A DNA stretch of 61,804 nucleotides from a virus (lineage: Duplodnaviria; Caudoviricetes): positions 1 through 61,804 of the IMG/VR virus record IMGVR_UViG_3300047392_000043, one strand, 5' to 3'. Positions 1 to 9,325 of this stretch are shown in pieces; the first letter of the stretch is position 1; each line of letters opens with the position of its first letter. A program made the translations under genes and the position numbers. The notes under the pieces were generated by a model. That model made no database searches and was not told the DNA's origin. It saw nothing but the letters and a program-made list of their open reading frames with translations.

Positions 1-456
1 CAATTGCACATTAGGAGCAATAAGTTGTTCAAAGTCTGTGTCGCTTGAAACGATAATATGGTTATCGTCTTTGTGCAATTGAATCCAACGTGCAATGAAA
101 TCGTCAGCTTCGCATACAGGATTCTTAAGAACAGTTACGTTAGTCTTAGTACTAATGTATTCGTAGAACTTGTCAAAGGATTCCCAAAACAGTTTTTCTT
201 CTTCTGCTTCTTTAGGAGTTTGTTTAGCACGACCTTCTGCACGATTGGCCTTGTAAGGCTTGTAAACGTCCTTGCGCCAGCTTCGACCCTCGAAACAGAA
301 TACAACATGCTTGCCCTGACGATCACGCCATTGACGCAGGACCGAAGCAAGGATAATATGGTAGCTCATTGCAACACGTTCCTCAGGATCACCAGAACGG
401 ATCACATGACGGGCACGGAAGAAGAGATTAGCGGCATCAACAATTAAGTAACTCAT
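1..456 (-). CDS. rnh: T4 RNase H-like 5'-3' exonuclease/flap endonuclease (runs off the left edge)
   Basis: Not in the ORF track. Manual translation from ATG 456 gives MSYLIVDAANLFFRA...FCFEGRSWRKDVYKPYKANR...EADDFIA...VSSDTDFEQL, carrying the FEN/PIN acidic motifs. Confidence 0.9.
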   Translation of the reverse strand, partial: MSYLIVDAANLFFRARHVIRSGDPEERVAMSYHIILASVLRQWRDRQGKHVVFCFEGRSWRKDVYKPYKANRAEGRAKQTPKEAEEEKLFWESFDKFYEYISTKTNVTVLKNPVCEADDFIARWIQLHKDDNHIIVSSDTDFEQLIAPNVQL

Positions 457-462
457 GTGTGT

Positions 463-491
463 ATTGTAGCAGGTCAACGAATCTTTGTCAA
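463..491 (-). promoter_or_regulatory. sigma70-type promoter for rnh, probably giving a leaderless mRNA
   Basis: TTGACA-17 nt-TACAAT with extended TG; ATG lies 6 nt after the -10 box. Confidence 0.75.
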
Positions 492-1127
492 CGGAATTTT
501 ACGGAATCTGGCAAGAGGTATCGATTCGAGACGCTTCGGAAGGTCCACAGCATCAGGAGGTATTTCTACAACAATTGGATCATTGGGTCTAATTACACCA
601 GACTCTAACACACATGCTTGCACACCAACTTCGTTCATGTTAAACCGCTGATTTGGTTGTACGTTTTCAACACCAATAGCATTTATAAACTTAAAACAAA
701 AATTTCGACGAGCAGTTACCTGTAACTTAGCAGTATTTCCAATGTGTAGTATTGTACCTTTTGGTAAGTTGTCTAAATCAATTCCGCTTGTTAAAATGTT
801 TTCGCCAAGTTGTCCGGGCACAATTAATGTTCTAAAGTCTGTAGAATGCTTATTCAATGTTTCTATGGAAAGCAATACTACTCCGCGGTCAGTACGTTCG
901 AGGGTAAATGCATAATGGCAATCACCAATTACCCCACCCGGCCCCAATGTAATACTATCTTGAACAAATTTTGTTATATTAAATTCACTAAGCGCCCTGC
1001 GATCAACGCTGTGTTGCTGTTGCATTAAGGCATTGTCAACTTCTGCAGACTTAACAATATAAGAATTCCTGTCATTTTCCGACATCTGGGTTGCTTTCAA
1101 TGATACTGCAACAACATAGGCATTCAT
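474..1127 (-). CDS. MOSC-domain protein (YiiM-like), copy 2
   Basis: PGQLGENILTSG, GTILHIG..AKLQVTARRNFCFKF (conserved Cys), GVQACVLESGVIRPND. Start placed at the ATGA overlap at 1127. Confidence 0.85.
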   Translation of the reverse strand: MNAYVVAVSLKATQMSENDRNSYIVKSAEVDNALMQQQHSVDRRALSEFNITKFVQDSITLGPGGVIGDCHYAFTLERTDRGVVLLSIETLNKHSTDFRTLIVPGQLGENILTSGIDLDNLPKGTILHIGNTAKLQVTARRNFCFKFINAIGVENVQPNQRFNMNEVGVQACVLESGVIRPNDPIVVEIPPDAVDLPKRLESIPLARFRKIPLTKIR

Positions 1128-1849
1128 TGTAAATCCTTTAGAGTATTGCATAGTGTTTTGCTTGCAAGCCCATGCGGCCGCTGTACATATCCTAGCTTTG
1201 AATAATTAGTTGGTTGAAATACTATGGTGATATTATCACCTGCGTGTATTGTACCTTCAGCAACTACTTGCCCAATTACACCAATACGATCTATTGGTCG
1301 GCCCATAGCATGTTTTTTCCAATAGAAAAATTCTTCAACTGTTGGAAATAAAACATTTGCAAACTTATAGCAGTATGTTCTAAGATGCGTTATTTTAATT
1401 TGTGCAGTATCGCCAAATTGAAGTATAGTACCTTGTGACAATCCTTCTAGTCGTTCAATGCCTTCTGTTTGGATGTTCTCTCCAAATTGTCCTGCTTGGA
1501 TGTTTTTATTGTAAAAATTATTAAGTTCGTTGTATCGCTCTTTGCTTAACAAACTAACTTGATTATACACCGACACATTGTAGAAGTTACCGTCGTTATG
1601 TTTTCGTATAACATCTGGCTCAAAATGTCGATCACCAACTACCCCACCTGGCTTGACCGTGATTGATTCTTGTGGAAGTTTTTGAATAGAAGTTTTTCGT
1701 AGCTCAGTAAATGCATTACGTAGTTCGTCATCTGGGACTGTTAGTTGCAGGCACCGCTTATGCATTGCAACTTCTAATTTGTTTTGGGCAGTACGCTCTT
1801 CTAATCGTAGCTTAGTGCCGGTTGCAATATTAACCGACCCAACTTTCAT
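1124..1849 (-). CDS. MOSC-domain protein (YiiM-like), copy 1
   Basis: GVVGDRH, AGQFGENIQTEG, RTYCYKF, GVIGQVVAEGTIHAGD. Confidence 0.85.
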   Translation of the reverse strand: MKVGSVNIATGTKLRLEERTAQNKLEVAMHKRCLQLTVPDDELRNAFTELRKTSIQKLPQESITVKPGGVVGDRHFEPDVIRKHNDGNFYNVSVYNQVSLLSKERYNELNNFYNKNIQAGQFGENIQTEGIERLEGLSQGTILQFGDTAQIKITHLRTYCYKFANVLFPTVEEFFYWKKHAMGRPIDRIGVIGQVVAEGTIHAGDNITIVFQPTNYSKLGYVQRPHGLASKTLCNTLKDLQ

Positions 1850-2166
1850 TGATTGCGAGTACGATTGTTTGTTTGCATGCGGCCAGCATCGGCAACAAAA
1901 GATGTTGCGGCATCGCTATCCATACTAACATTACGGCACATGTCAGTGAACCATGCATCAACAATTTCTTCGGCTGTGGCACCTGAATACCCACCACGTT
2001 GTAAAAACAATACAAACGCTGGATTCCATTCAAGTTCAAAGTATCCTTGTTTAGGATTATCAGGTGCAAGGTGAGCCTGTACTACATTGACCCAAGGTTC
2101 GGGACTGTTACGCATTGACTTTGCAGTCGGCTTCTTCTTGAAAATCTTTTTAATAAATTCAAACAT
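1846..2166 (-). CDS. hypothetical protein
   Basis: Tiles the operon; start placed at MFEFIKK. Confidence 0.7.
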   Translation of the reverse strand: MFEFIKKIFKKKPTAKSMRNSPEPWVNVVQAHLAPDNPKQGYFELEWNPAFVLFLQRGGYSGATAEEIVDAWFTDMCRNVSMDSDAATSFVADAGRMQTNNRTRNQ

Positions 2167-2167
2167 T

Positions 2168-2362
2168 TCAAATATCCCGTCCAAATACATCTTCTTCTCT
2201 CTTGGGTAACTCGGCTAGTACCTTATCCCGCCACTCTGTTGATTCAATGTACCAATTACTGCGCTCATCAGCAGTACGAAAGCAGCCAATGCAAGTGCCG
2301 TCTTCGTTTGATACACAGATACCAACGCATGGGTTCGTTAAATTTGCGTGATCATCATTCAT
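2168..2362 (-). CDS. DUF1289-family small Cys-rich protein
   Basis: NPCVGIC...CIGCFRT..ER..W signature. Confidence 0.8.
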   Translation of the reverse strand: MNDDHANLTNPCVGICVSNEDGTCIGCFRTADERSNWYIESTEWRDKVLAELPKREEDVFGRDI

Positions 2363-2543
2363 TCTTAAATGCCTTAAAAAGCATAGGGATTTGTTTTTCT
2401 CTATGCTGTGGTAGTTCTGGTACGAGTTTAATACGTTTATCAACTTCGTTACTATATGTAGTCTTGCACAAGCTACAAGTTTCTTCGGATTGCATAGTTA
2501 TAAGTTTCCCGTTAGATTTACAAGTATGAGTCCACGTTACCAT
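2355..2543 (-). CDS. hypothetical protein
   Basis: 62-aa ORF tiling the operon; contains CxxC. Confidence 0.55.
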   Translation of the reverse strand: MVTWTHTCKSNGKLITMQSEETCSLCKTTYSNEVDKRIKLVPELPQHREKQIPMLFKAFKNE

Positions 2544-2550
2544 GATATGC

Positions 2551-2928
2551 TTATTTGTCAGCTACTTCAAGTTCAGCTACTGTAGTTTTAATTGCTTCTG
2601 CAAAATTCAAGGCACTTTGCTTGTTAAGCAACATATGATGCTCTTGCTTATGCACACCTTTAAACAAGATATCATAAACAGCATGCAAACGCTTGCCCCA
2701 ATCAGACCACACAGGAGTCCATGTTGTTACATAAAAACTAACTTCAACATCAGGAATGTCTCGATCACGCTGGACTTCGATCCACATCTTTGCCGCATGA
2801 TCGTCTGATGTGCAATCACATTCAACGTTAAAAACTTTGGCATCTCCAAAGTCTTTTTCCAAACTAATACCCTGTGCTGGTGTTTGTGCTTTCATTGGAT
2901 TTCCTCCTGTGTATCCAGTACCGTACAT
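2551..2928 (-). CDS. hypothetical protein
   Basis: 125 aa; TAATG overlap with the queE stop. Confidence 0.7.
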   Translation of the reverse strand: MYGTGYTGGNPMKAQTPAQGISLEKDFGDAKVFNVECDCTSDDHAAKMWIEVQRDRDIPDVEVSFYVTTWTPVWSDWGKRLHAVYDILFKGVHKQEHHMLLNKQSALNFAEAIKTTVAELEVADK

Positions 2929-3788
2929 TACTTACCCCAACCGTTTGACCAAATGTCAACGTGGAGTCGTGGACTGTAACGATAGCCACGTGCTAATGCT
3001 TCATCAGCAATATGACGGGTGTTAGAAAAGTACGCCTTGTCGGTACCACCAACAGGCATAACATAAACTTGGCCATGGAAGCCAGCGCCGCGGTATTCCT
3101 TAACAGCACGATCGACTTCATTAAAGTCTAGGATGTTATCAATAACAAATTTCAGATACACATGACCACGTTGCTGGTACTCGACAACAACTTCCGGCTT
3201 AACTGCATCTTCCCACTTCTCTCCACTTGCACTTAGCTTGGGACTTACGCTAAATGTAATGTTATCTTTTGGCAAGTGATAGTTGTCAGATAAGAAGTCT
3301 TTAAACTCTTTATGTAAGTGTTGAGTGCCATTAGTTTCAAATGTTAGATTATGCAGATCCTTCATACGAGGATTGCTTAACAATTCTGGGTAAAGCATTT
3401 GCCAACCCAATAGTGGCTCTCCGCCTGTAATAACAAGATGTACATCATTGCCGTTGTCTTGCATCCAATGATTGTTAGGAGTCAAGTCTAGCATTGCATC
3501 AATGCTTTGCTCAACAGTGTATGAAGGACTCAAATGCTTAAATGCAGGATGCCATGACGCATAGCTATCGCATCCAGTTTGTGCAAGCGGCAAGTCGTTA
3601 AACGTTTTATATAAATGTACTACCTTACCAATATCATCTGGCTCTGTGGTCTTCTCACCAGCAGGCAAGCCAAAGCCCGGGCATTTAAAGTTGCAGCCAA
3701 ATGTTCTAAAAAACACACTTGGAACGCCTACAAAGCGACCTTCGCCTTGTGCAGAATAGAATACTTCGCTTACTTTAAATTCATTCAT
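2928..3788 (-). CDS. queE: 7-carboxy-7-deazaguanine synthase QueE (radical SAM)
   Basis: SEVFYSAQGEG..VGVPSVFFRTFGCNFKC-(insert)-GCDS, ITGGEP, ETNGT, SPKL, SPRLH. Confidence 0.92.
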   Translation of the reverse strand: MNEFKVSEVFYSAQGEGRFVGVPSVFFRTFGCNFKCPGFGLPAGEKTTEPDDIGKVVHLYKTFNDLPLAQTGCDSYASWHPAFKHLSPSYTVEQSIDAMLDLTPNNHWMQDNGNDVHLVITGGEPLLGWQMLYPELLSNPRMKDLHNLTFETNGTQHLHKEFKDFLSDNYHLPKDNITFSVSPKLSASGEKWEDAVKPEVVVEYQQRGHVYLKFVIDNILDFNEVDRAVKEYRGAGFHGQVYVMPVGGTDKAYFSNTRHIADEALARGYRYSPRLHVDIWSNGWGK

Positions 3789-4053
3789 AGATATTAGACC
3801 ATTTCTTTAATTTTTCAACTTTGGCTAACTTAGCGGCTTCGAGACCTGCATCAGTTACAACACCCTTTAATTTTAGCAGATCTACCATAGCAAGTAAATC
3901 ACCAATTTCGCCTTCTAGGTGTTGTGCATTAGTTAGGGGTTTACCTGGCTTGAAGTTATCCAAACCAAAACGATTACATTTGCTTACTGCTTGCACCACT
4001 TCAGCACATTCCTCTGAGAGGATGTTCATAATCTCGTAGAGTTTCTTATCCAT
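3781..4053 (-). CDS. MazG-like NTP pyrophosphohydrolase
   Basis: EECAEVVQAVSK...LEGEIGDLL (ExxE...ExxD metal motif). Confidence 0.8.
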   Translation of the reverse strand: MDKKLYEIMNILSEECAEVVQAVSKCNRFGLDNFKPGKPLTNAQHLEGEIGDLLAMVDLLKLKGVVTDAGLEAAKLAKVEKLKKWSNIYE

Positions 4054-4246
4054 TTTTAATTTCCATATGTGGTGCAATATCGTTATCAAAGATTTGGGCC
4101 ATTTGTTTCCACAATGCCATTGCTTCTTCGTCTGTCATACCAGCACTAAATTTAGTACCGTAATCTTCGGCGCCGCCTTTGCGTAGTCCGTAATCGTGAC
4201 GCCATGTGTAACACATGCTTGTAATAATTTGTTCTCTTGTTTTCAT
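4046..4246 (-). CDS. hypothetical protein
   Basis: Overlaps its neighbours and tiles the operon. Confidence 0.65.
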   Translation of the reverse strand: MKTREQIITSMCYTWRHDYGLRKGGAEDYGTKFSAGMTDEEAMALWKQMAQIFDNDIAPHMEIKNG

Positions 4247-4458
4247 GGTCTTGGAAAGTCTAATTGAAATACATGGGCTCGTGTGCCCTTTAGTGCTAAA
4301 AGCATTTGTTCTTGTTGTGCATCATCAAGGCTAACATAATAGCCTGGGAAGATACCCGACGACGCCGCAGAAGGACTATGTGTCGTCATTGTGCCACTTG
4401 TACTAATACTAGCTACAATCCAAACACATAGAGATTCTGGCGGGTCAATTGGCTTCAT
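4243..4458 (-). CDS. hypothetical protein
   Basis: ATGA coupling to the next gene. Confidence 0.6.
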   Translation of the reverse strand: MKPIDPPESLCVWIVASISTSGTMTTHSPSAASSGIFPGYYVSLDDAQQEQMLLALKGTRAHVFQLDFPRP

Positions 4459-4461
4459 ATA

Positions 4462-4986
4462 TTAAATCTCGCTGTACTCTGTATCTTCTAACTTGTGACG
4501 TTCGATTGCTTGTCGCAATGCTTCTTCGACAAATTGGTTAAACGTCATGTCACGCTCATGTGCCATCTTCATGTACTTTAACAACTCATCATCAGTAAAG
4601 TCAATTGGCACTTGTACTCGGGTATCGTACTCAGTATCATTTGAGATACCACGAATCTTTTCCAGGATATCTTCTTCAACTTCAATGTCAGTAAAATCAA
4701 CATTGTCGTATGCGTTTTCAAACACAACACTACGATCAACGCACTCAGCCTTGTATGCTTCTACGTAGTCAGGATGGATCCAACGATACACACGATCGTT
4801 AGTGTTGTCCCATGCTTCCAACTCGTAAATCATTTGATTAGTAGTGTCAAACACGCATGACACAGAGTTACCGGATTCAGTTTGCTGTTCTAATCGATGT
4901 GTATGATAACCATAAATGGTCCAGCAGTATTCACTGCCTTCGGTAATCTTATAGTTAATTGCTTCTAAAAAAGTTTTCAGTTCCAT
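4462..4986 (-). CDS. hypothetical protein with C-terminal ribbon-helix-helix-like segment
   Basis: VQVPIDFTDDELLKYMKMAHERDMTFNQFVEEALR resembles an RHH/HicB-C domain. Confidence 0.6.
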   Translation of the reverse strand: MELKTFLEAINYKITEGSEYCWTIYGYHTHRLEQQTESGNSVSCVFDTTNQMIYELEAWDNTNDRVYRWIHPDYVEAYKAECVDRSVVFENAYDNVDFTDIEVEEDILEKIRGISNDTEYDTRVQVPIDFTDDELLKYMKMAHERDMTFNQFVEEALRQAIERHKLEDTEYSEI

Positions 4987-4987
4987 G

Positions 4988-5842
4988 TTATACCTCTAAT
5001 ACAATGTTAGGATTCCAGCCACTGTCTTCACTGTAGCCATCGCTTTCGTAACCACGTGGATTACATACTACTCGAGTCTCACCAATCATGTAATCAAACG
5101 GATGATGAGTGTGACCATGTGTCCACAGTTTAATCTGTGGATGATCCATAATGAATTCACTCAAGTCGCTGTGGTAGCCACCGTTCATCAAGTATTCATT
5201 CTTGTACTGCTCATGCACACTTTGGAAGCTAGGACTGTGATGCCCAACTACAACAAACTTCTTGTCGTGCTGTTCAGCTAGCACACTTCTAAAGTACTGC
5301 AATGTACGAGCATGACGACCAACAACATCACGAGCACTCATGCGAGCAAATTCGCGTTTGTCATTGCGAATGATACGGAAGTCGTTCATCATACCTTCAA
5401 TGGCGTGCATTGTAAGTGGATCGCCTTTGTTCATGTCAGTCCACAATGTGCCGCCAATGAATGTCACATCGTCAATGACCTTAGTGTCACATTCCAAGAA
5501 GTAGATGTTGGGAAACCGGGCACATTCTTCGCGCAAGTAGTCAATACCAGCAAAAAACTTGCCATGATAGAATTCATGGTTGCCTGCAACATAAACAACA
5601 TGCGGGAATTGAAAACTGCAACGCTTTAAGAAGTCGCGGAAGCGAGCAACTCGTTGCATCTTGCGACCAAGGTCAGCTAATGCACCATTACTGTAAGGAC
5701 TAAAGTCTGCGGCAATATGGTCGTGCAAATCTTGAGCGATCATAATGTCGCCGGATAAGATAAGCACATCGCACTTGTCATTGTTAGTGATGTTGATATC
5801 ACTAAACTCCAAGTGTAAGTCACTAACTAGTTTGATCTTCAT
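4988..5842 (-). CDS. calcineurin-like metallophosphoesterase
   Basis: SDLH, GD, GNHE, HH and HGHTH motifs. Confidence 0.92.
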   Translation of the reverse strand: MKIKLVSDLHLEFSDINITNNDKCDVLILSGDIMIAQDLHDHIAADFSPYSNGALADLGRKMQRVARFRDFLKRCSFQFPHVVYVAGNHEFYHGKFFAGIDYLREECARFPNIYFLECDTKVIDDVTFIGGTLWTDMNKGDPLTMHAIEGMMNDFRIIRNDKREFARMSARDVVGRHARTLQYFRSVLAEQHDKKFVVVGHHSPSFQSVHEQYKNEYLMNGGYHSDLSEFIMDHPQIKLWTHGHTHHPFDYMIGETRVVCNPRGYESDGYSEDSGWNPNIVLEV

Positions 5843-6119
5843 CGCCGCCTTCTAATTTAGCTATTGAGTTAAGTCCATGAATGGGAATGCCATCCTCATC
5901 TACTATTGCAAAGTGATCAAACACAAAGCCACAGCCTTTACAGAAATCTTCAAATGCTTGGAGCACATCGTCCAAATTGGCATGTCCATGGTCCATAGCA
6001 ATATTTCTTATACCATCAGTATAACACAAAACCCAGCGGGGGTCAATAGGGTCTGCGTCCAAACCTCTAATATTTTGTAGTGCTTTTACAACATGTTGCC
6101 ATGGATCAGTTTTAGCCAT
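5823..6119 (-). CDS. hypothetical protein
   Basis: Tiles the operon. Confidence 0.65.
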   Translation of the reverse strand: MAKTDPWQHVVKALQNIRGLDADPIDPRWVLCYTDGIRNIAMDHGHANLDDVLQAFEDFCKGCGFVFDHFAIVDEDGIPIHGLNSIAKLEGGDEDQTS

Positions 6120-6903
6120 TGTTTCTCATTTCGTTATTTAGATCTGTGATGGCACGAATCAGGTCCACATGTAATCCAGACTTGACTAGTGCAGTTTCAA
6201 ACGTTTGCACATCTTTAGGAAAGCATTTACCCGAGTAGCCAGGAACACCATCAAAGCCAGGAACGGACCAATGGCTTGATCCTAGTCGTCCTTCGTTTTC
6301 GAGCATGACTTTGACAATGTTATAGTCTGCGCCAACAGCCTTGCATAACTGCTCAACTTGGTTTGCAAAGATAACCTTCATCGCTAAGAATGTGTTGGTA
6401 GATAGTTTTGCTACCATTGCTTCCATTGGATCAGTAATAAATGCTGGTCCTTTGTATTCTGTTAGCAAGTCTGCAAAGGCTTCTGCAGGTTCACCGCCAA
6501 GTACAATAAACTTTGGATTAACTGAATCTTCTCTCCAAGTGGCTTCACGGATGTACTCGGGCCATACTAACAAATGCTGGCCCAGTTGTTCAGTGTAATC
6601 TTTAATTGCACTCATGCCTAGTGTACTGCGAACAACCACAGTACCTTTAAATCCGTTTGCTAATGCTTCGTTGATAGCATCGCTTACGTTCTTTGTATTG
6701 TTTTCTGGTAGTGTCAGTGACTCGTCTAAGTCTGTGTTTACACAAACAATAACATAGTCAGCAGTTGACCAAGCGTCTGTTGGTAGGATTACTTGCTTAT
6801 ATGGATCATTGAATTGAACGTTTGCATTTGGTAAGAACTCTCGTAAAAATAATGCTGTTGATTGTCCAACAATGCCCTTGCCTTGAATAATAATGTTTGT
6901 CAT
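6112..6903 (-). CDS. UDP-glucose/GDP-mannose dehydrogenase family, short form lacking the C-terminal domain
   Basis: GKGIVG Rossmann motif, VVVRST, PEYIRE, K..NTFLA.KV.FAN, GYSGKCFPKD (catalytic Cys). Confidence 0.85.
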   Translation of the reverse strand: MTNIIIQGKGIVGQSTALFLREFLPNANVQFNDPYKQVILPTDAWSTADYVIVCVNTDLDESLTLPENNTKNVSDAINEALANGFKGTVVVRSTLGMSAIKDYTEQLGQHLLVWPEYIREATWREDSVNPKFIVLGGEPAEAFADLLTEYKGPAFITDPMEAMVAKLSTNTFLAMKVIFANQVEQLCKAVGADYNIVKVMLENEGRLGSSHWSVPGFDGVPGYSGKCFPKDVQTFETALVKSGLHVDLIRAITDLNNEMRNNG

Positions 6904-6904
6904 G

Positions 6905-7648
6905 TTAACCTTTGATAATGTACCCTGGGTACTTGTTTATGCTTTGATCAAGTAGCGACTCAAGTCTATCTACATCAACCCAACCTTTAATGACCACAAG
7001 TATTTTTCTATACTTGGGATCAAAATCTGCTCCGTGCAAGAAATCTTCATTGTTCCATGCAAATGTATTAGTATCTATCGGAAGTTTGACATAGTGTTTA
7101 TCCACAAGTGGAACTTCCGTTTGAGGATTGTGTTTGGTAACAGGCGTTAACCAAAATGTTTCTGTTGGGTTTTGATCATCCAACATAATCCTAATTTCAG
7201 TAGGGAATCGTAGCACACCATCTAGACTAGGCGGCATGTTTCCATCATAGTGTGCTCGTACTTCACGGTTAGCACTCCATAGCCTAACTGAACGTATTCT
7301 ATTAAATGGTAGCTGTTCAAATATGGATTTGAGAAACTTAGGTTGCGTAGTAGCTAATGCCGTTGATATTCTAGTATTCCAAGCAGCCTTGGATAGTAGC
7401 GTAGCATCCTCATACATTGCTAATCCTTCCCATTGGGTAAAGGACATAACAGGAGCATCTTTACCTAACGCACCACGATCAATATGCTGACGATCAACAG
7501 GGACTACTTGATCGTTCCATATACGCCAGAACGCTTCTGTATTATCTAACTCAAACTTGGGCAGTGCTAATGGCAACGCACCAACGCCAGCATATTTTTC
7601 TACTAGCTTTGGTACGCTGTCTAGTTTGATTAGATTGATCAAACTCAT
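6905..7648 (-). CDS. putative 2OG-Fe(II)/cupin-like oxygenase
   Basis: HxD (AHYD) plus a distal H (FLHGA) in a beta-rich region. Confidence 0.5.
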   Translation of the reverse strand: MSLINLIKLDSVPKLVEKYAGVGALPLALPKFELDNTEAFWRIWNDQVVPVDRQHIDRGALGKDAPVMSFTQWEGLAMYEDATLLSKAAWNTRISTALATTQPKFLKSIFEQLPFNRIRSVRLWSANREVRAHYDGNMPPSLDGVLRFPTEIRIMLDDQNPTETFWLTPVTKHNPQTEVPLVDKHYVKLPIDTNTFAWNNEDFLHGADFDPKYRKILVVIKGWVDVDRLESLLDQSINKYPGYIIKG

Positions 7649-7962
7649 TCTTCTAATAGATGACGTTTATCTTTGATTGCTTTAAACTCTTCGGCTTCGG
7701 GCAACGGATTTTTCTTTTTGTTGATAACTGGCCATCCAACTGCCAAACGAGCATTGATATCAGTCCAAAACACATCCTTAACTTCGTGTCCGGGCACAAT
7801 AGCATCAACTGGACATTCTGGAACACACACGGCACAGTCAATGCAGTTGTCGGGATCAATAACTAAAAAGTTAGGACCTTCTTTAAAACAATCAACAGGA
7901 CAAACTTCTACACAATCAGTGTACTTGCATTTAATGCAACTTTCAGTGACTACAAATGTCAT
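7645..7962 (-). CDS. fdxA: 7Fe ferredoxin (FdxA type)
   Basis: [26 protein letters not shown]...[16 protein letters not shown] with the FdxA-type C-terminal extension. Confidence 0.95.
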   Translation of the reverse strand: MTFVVTESCIKCKYTDCVEVCPVDCFKEGPNFLVIDPDNCIDCAVCVPECPVDAIVPGHEVKDVFWTDINARLAVGWPVINKKKNPLPEAEEFKAIKDKRHLLEE

Positions 7963-7963
7963 T

Positions 7964-8377
7964 TTAAATTTTCCAATTCGATTCGATATATTCTTTATTC
8001 TCTGGCTTATTGCCAGTGAGACCTAACATGCTACGATAGGCTTGCCATGCTTCTTGTACCATAGGATCTTGATGTCCGCCTGTAGGTAGCAAGTCGGCCC
8101 ATACACAATCCTCGGGCATCATATTTCTATATGTGCCAAAGTTACGAGGTTGGTGAATTTTGCCTTCGCGAAACAAGATACTTGCTACGCCATGACATGC
8201 GGCTTCGTCTAGTCCCAACAAGTAGTTATCCCGCCACATATACTCGGCAACAATACCATCCAATTGTTCTTGTGTGGTAAAGCGAGTACCAGACACAATT
8301 ACAACAACATCATCTTGTTCCACTGTTCCATTGACAATGTCACGGATACAACGACCTAAACTAAATCCTACTTTCAT
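7964..8377 (-). CDS. hypothetical protein
   Basis: 137 aa; coupled to its neighbours. Confidence 0.7.
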   Translation of the reverse strand: MKVGFSLGRCIRDIVNGTVEQDDVVVIVSGTRFTTQEQLDGIVAEYMWRDNYLLGLDEAACHGVASILFREGKIHQPRNFGTYRNMMPEDCVWADLLPTGGHQDPMVQEAWQAYRSMLGLTGNKPENKEYIESNWKI

Positions 8378-8874
8378 GTGTCCCTACTCCAAAAAGATTC
8401 CCAAGGAAAGTCAATCCAAACATCGCGTTCAAGTTTGTTGATAGCAAACCCATAATAATCGCTGTACTCTTTGCTACTTTCGTTCTCAACAAGACTTGCC
8501 CAACGAACACTATTATGCCAGAATTTGTCAACAAAGTCAACCTCTATTCCTGCCACACTAGAGGCCCAGTCTGCCTTGAGCCATTCTTGTGTTGAGCCTT
8601 GATCATTAATGTCGTCTACTAACAGTATTTTCTTGCCCTCAATAACTTCATCTGGTGCCCATAGCAACGACTCAGTATCTGGTTGATCACGCAACGATAC
8701 CTTAACAGTTGTATGTGGTACAGCAAGGTAATGACTAAGCATAATACTAGCGGCAAGACCTCCACGATCAACACCAATGATCAAGTCTGGGCGCCAACTG
8801 TCTAGTTGCATATTACGAGCGATGGTCTGCACATGCCATTCGACATCATGCCAAGAAAGTGATAGTTTATTCAT
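8374..8874 (-). CDS. purine phosphoribosyltransferase-like protein (Gpt/XGPRT family)
   Basis: IGVDRGGL, PRPP loop ILLVDDINDQGST, C-terminal WIDFPWE. Confidence 0.88.
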   Translation of the reverse strand: MNKLSLSWHDVEWHVQTIARNMQLDSWRPDLIIGVDRGGLAASIMLSHYLAVPHTTVKVSLRDQPDTESLLWAPDEVIEGKKILLVDDINDQGSTQEWLKADWASSVAGIEVDFVDKFWHNSVRWASLVENESSKEYSDYYGFAINKLERDVWIDFPWESFWSRDT

Positions 8875-9325
8875 CAGTATCGGGTCCGCTTAGTAGTCGT
8901 TCCATTGCTTTGTACTCATTGTACAGTTCCTTAAGCATAGGATACTTTTCGTGCATTTCAAAGTTAGGTGCCAAGATAAGCAAACGCTTTTTAAGTGTTT
9001 CCATCATGTCAGCAAGTTCATCTAGATCAATTGTGCTCTTAGCTGTAGTAATAGTTGTTTTACCATAGTTGGTAGTGCCAGCATTGAGTGAGTCTCCACT
9101 GCTAAACGATATGCTACTGCCGTTTGCCCAACTACTTGGTCCAATGGTTATGTTGCCAAGATCGATAGCAGTAGTGTCGTTCATAATGTACGTATCACTA
9201 GCGCCAATGGCACCAATCTCTTGTGCAATAACACCAACAGACATGTTAGACTCGTCCCATTTAAACTCAACAGGATCTATACTTGATAGCACATCTTTTA
9301 GTTTGTCTTTATCGCTATCATCCAT
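8867..9325 (-). CDS. hypothetical protein with a peptidase-S74/chaperone-like N-terminal motif
   Basis: IDPVEFKW...GVIAQEI. Confidence 0.5.
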   Translation of the reverse strand: MDDSDKDKLKDVLSSIDPVEFKWDESNMSVGVIAQEIGAIGASDTYIMNDTTAIDLGNITIGPSSWANGSSISFSSGDSLNAGTTNYGKTTITTAKSTIDLDELADMMETLKKRLLILAPNFEMHEKYPMLKELYNEYKAMERLLSGPDTDE

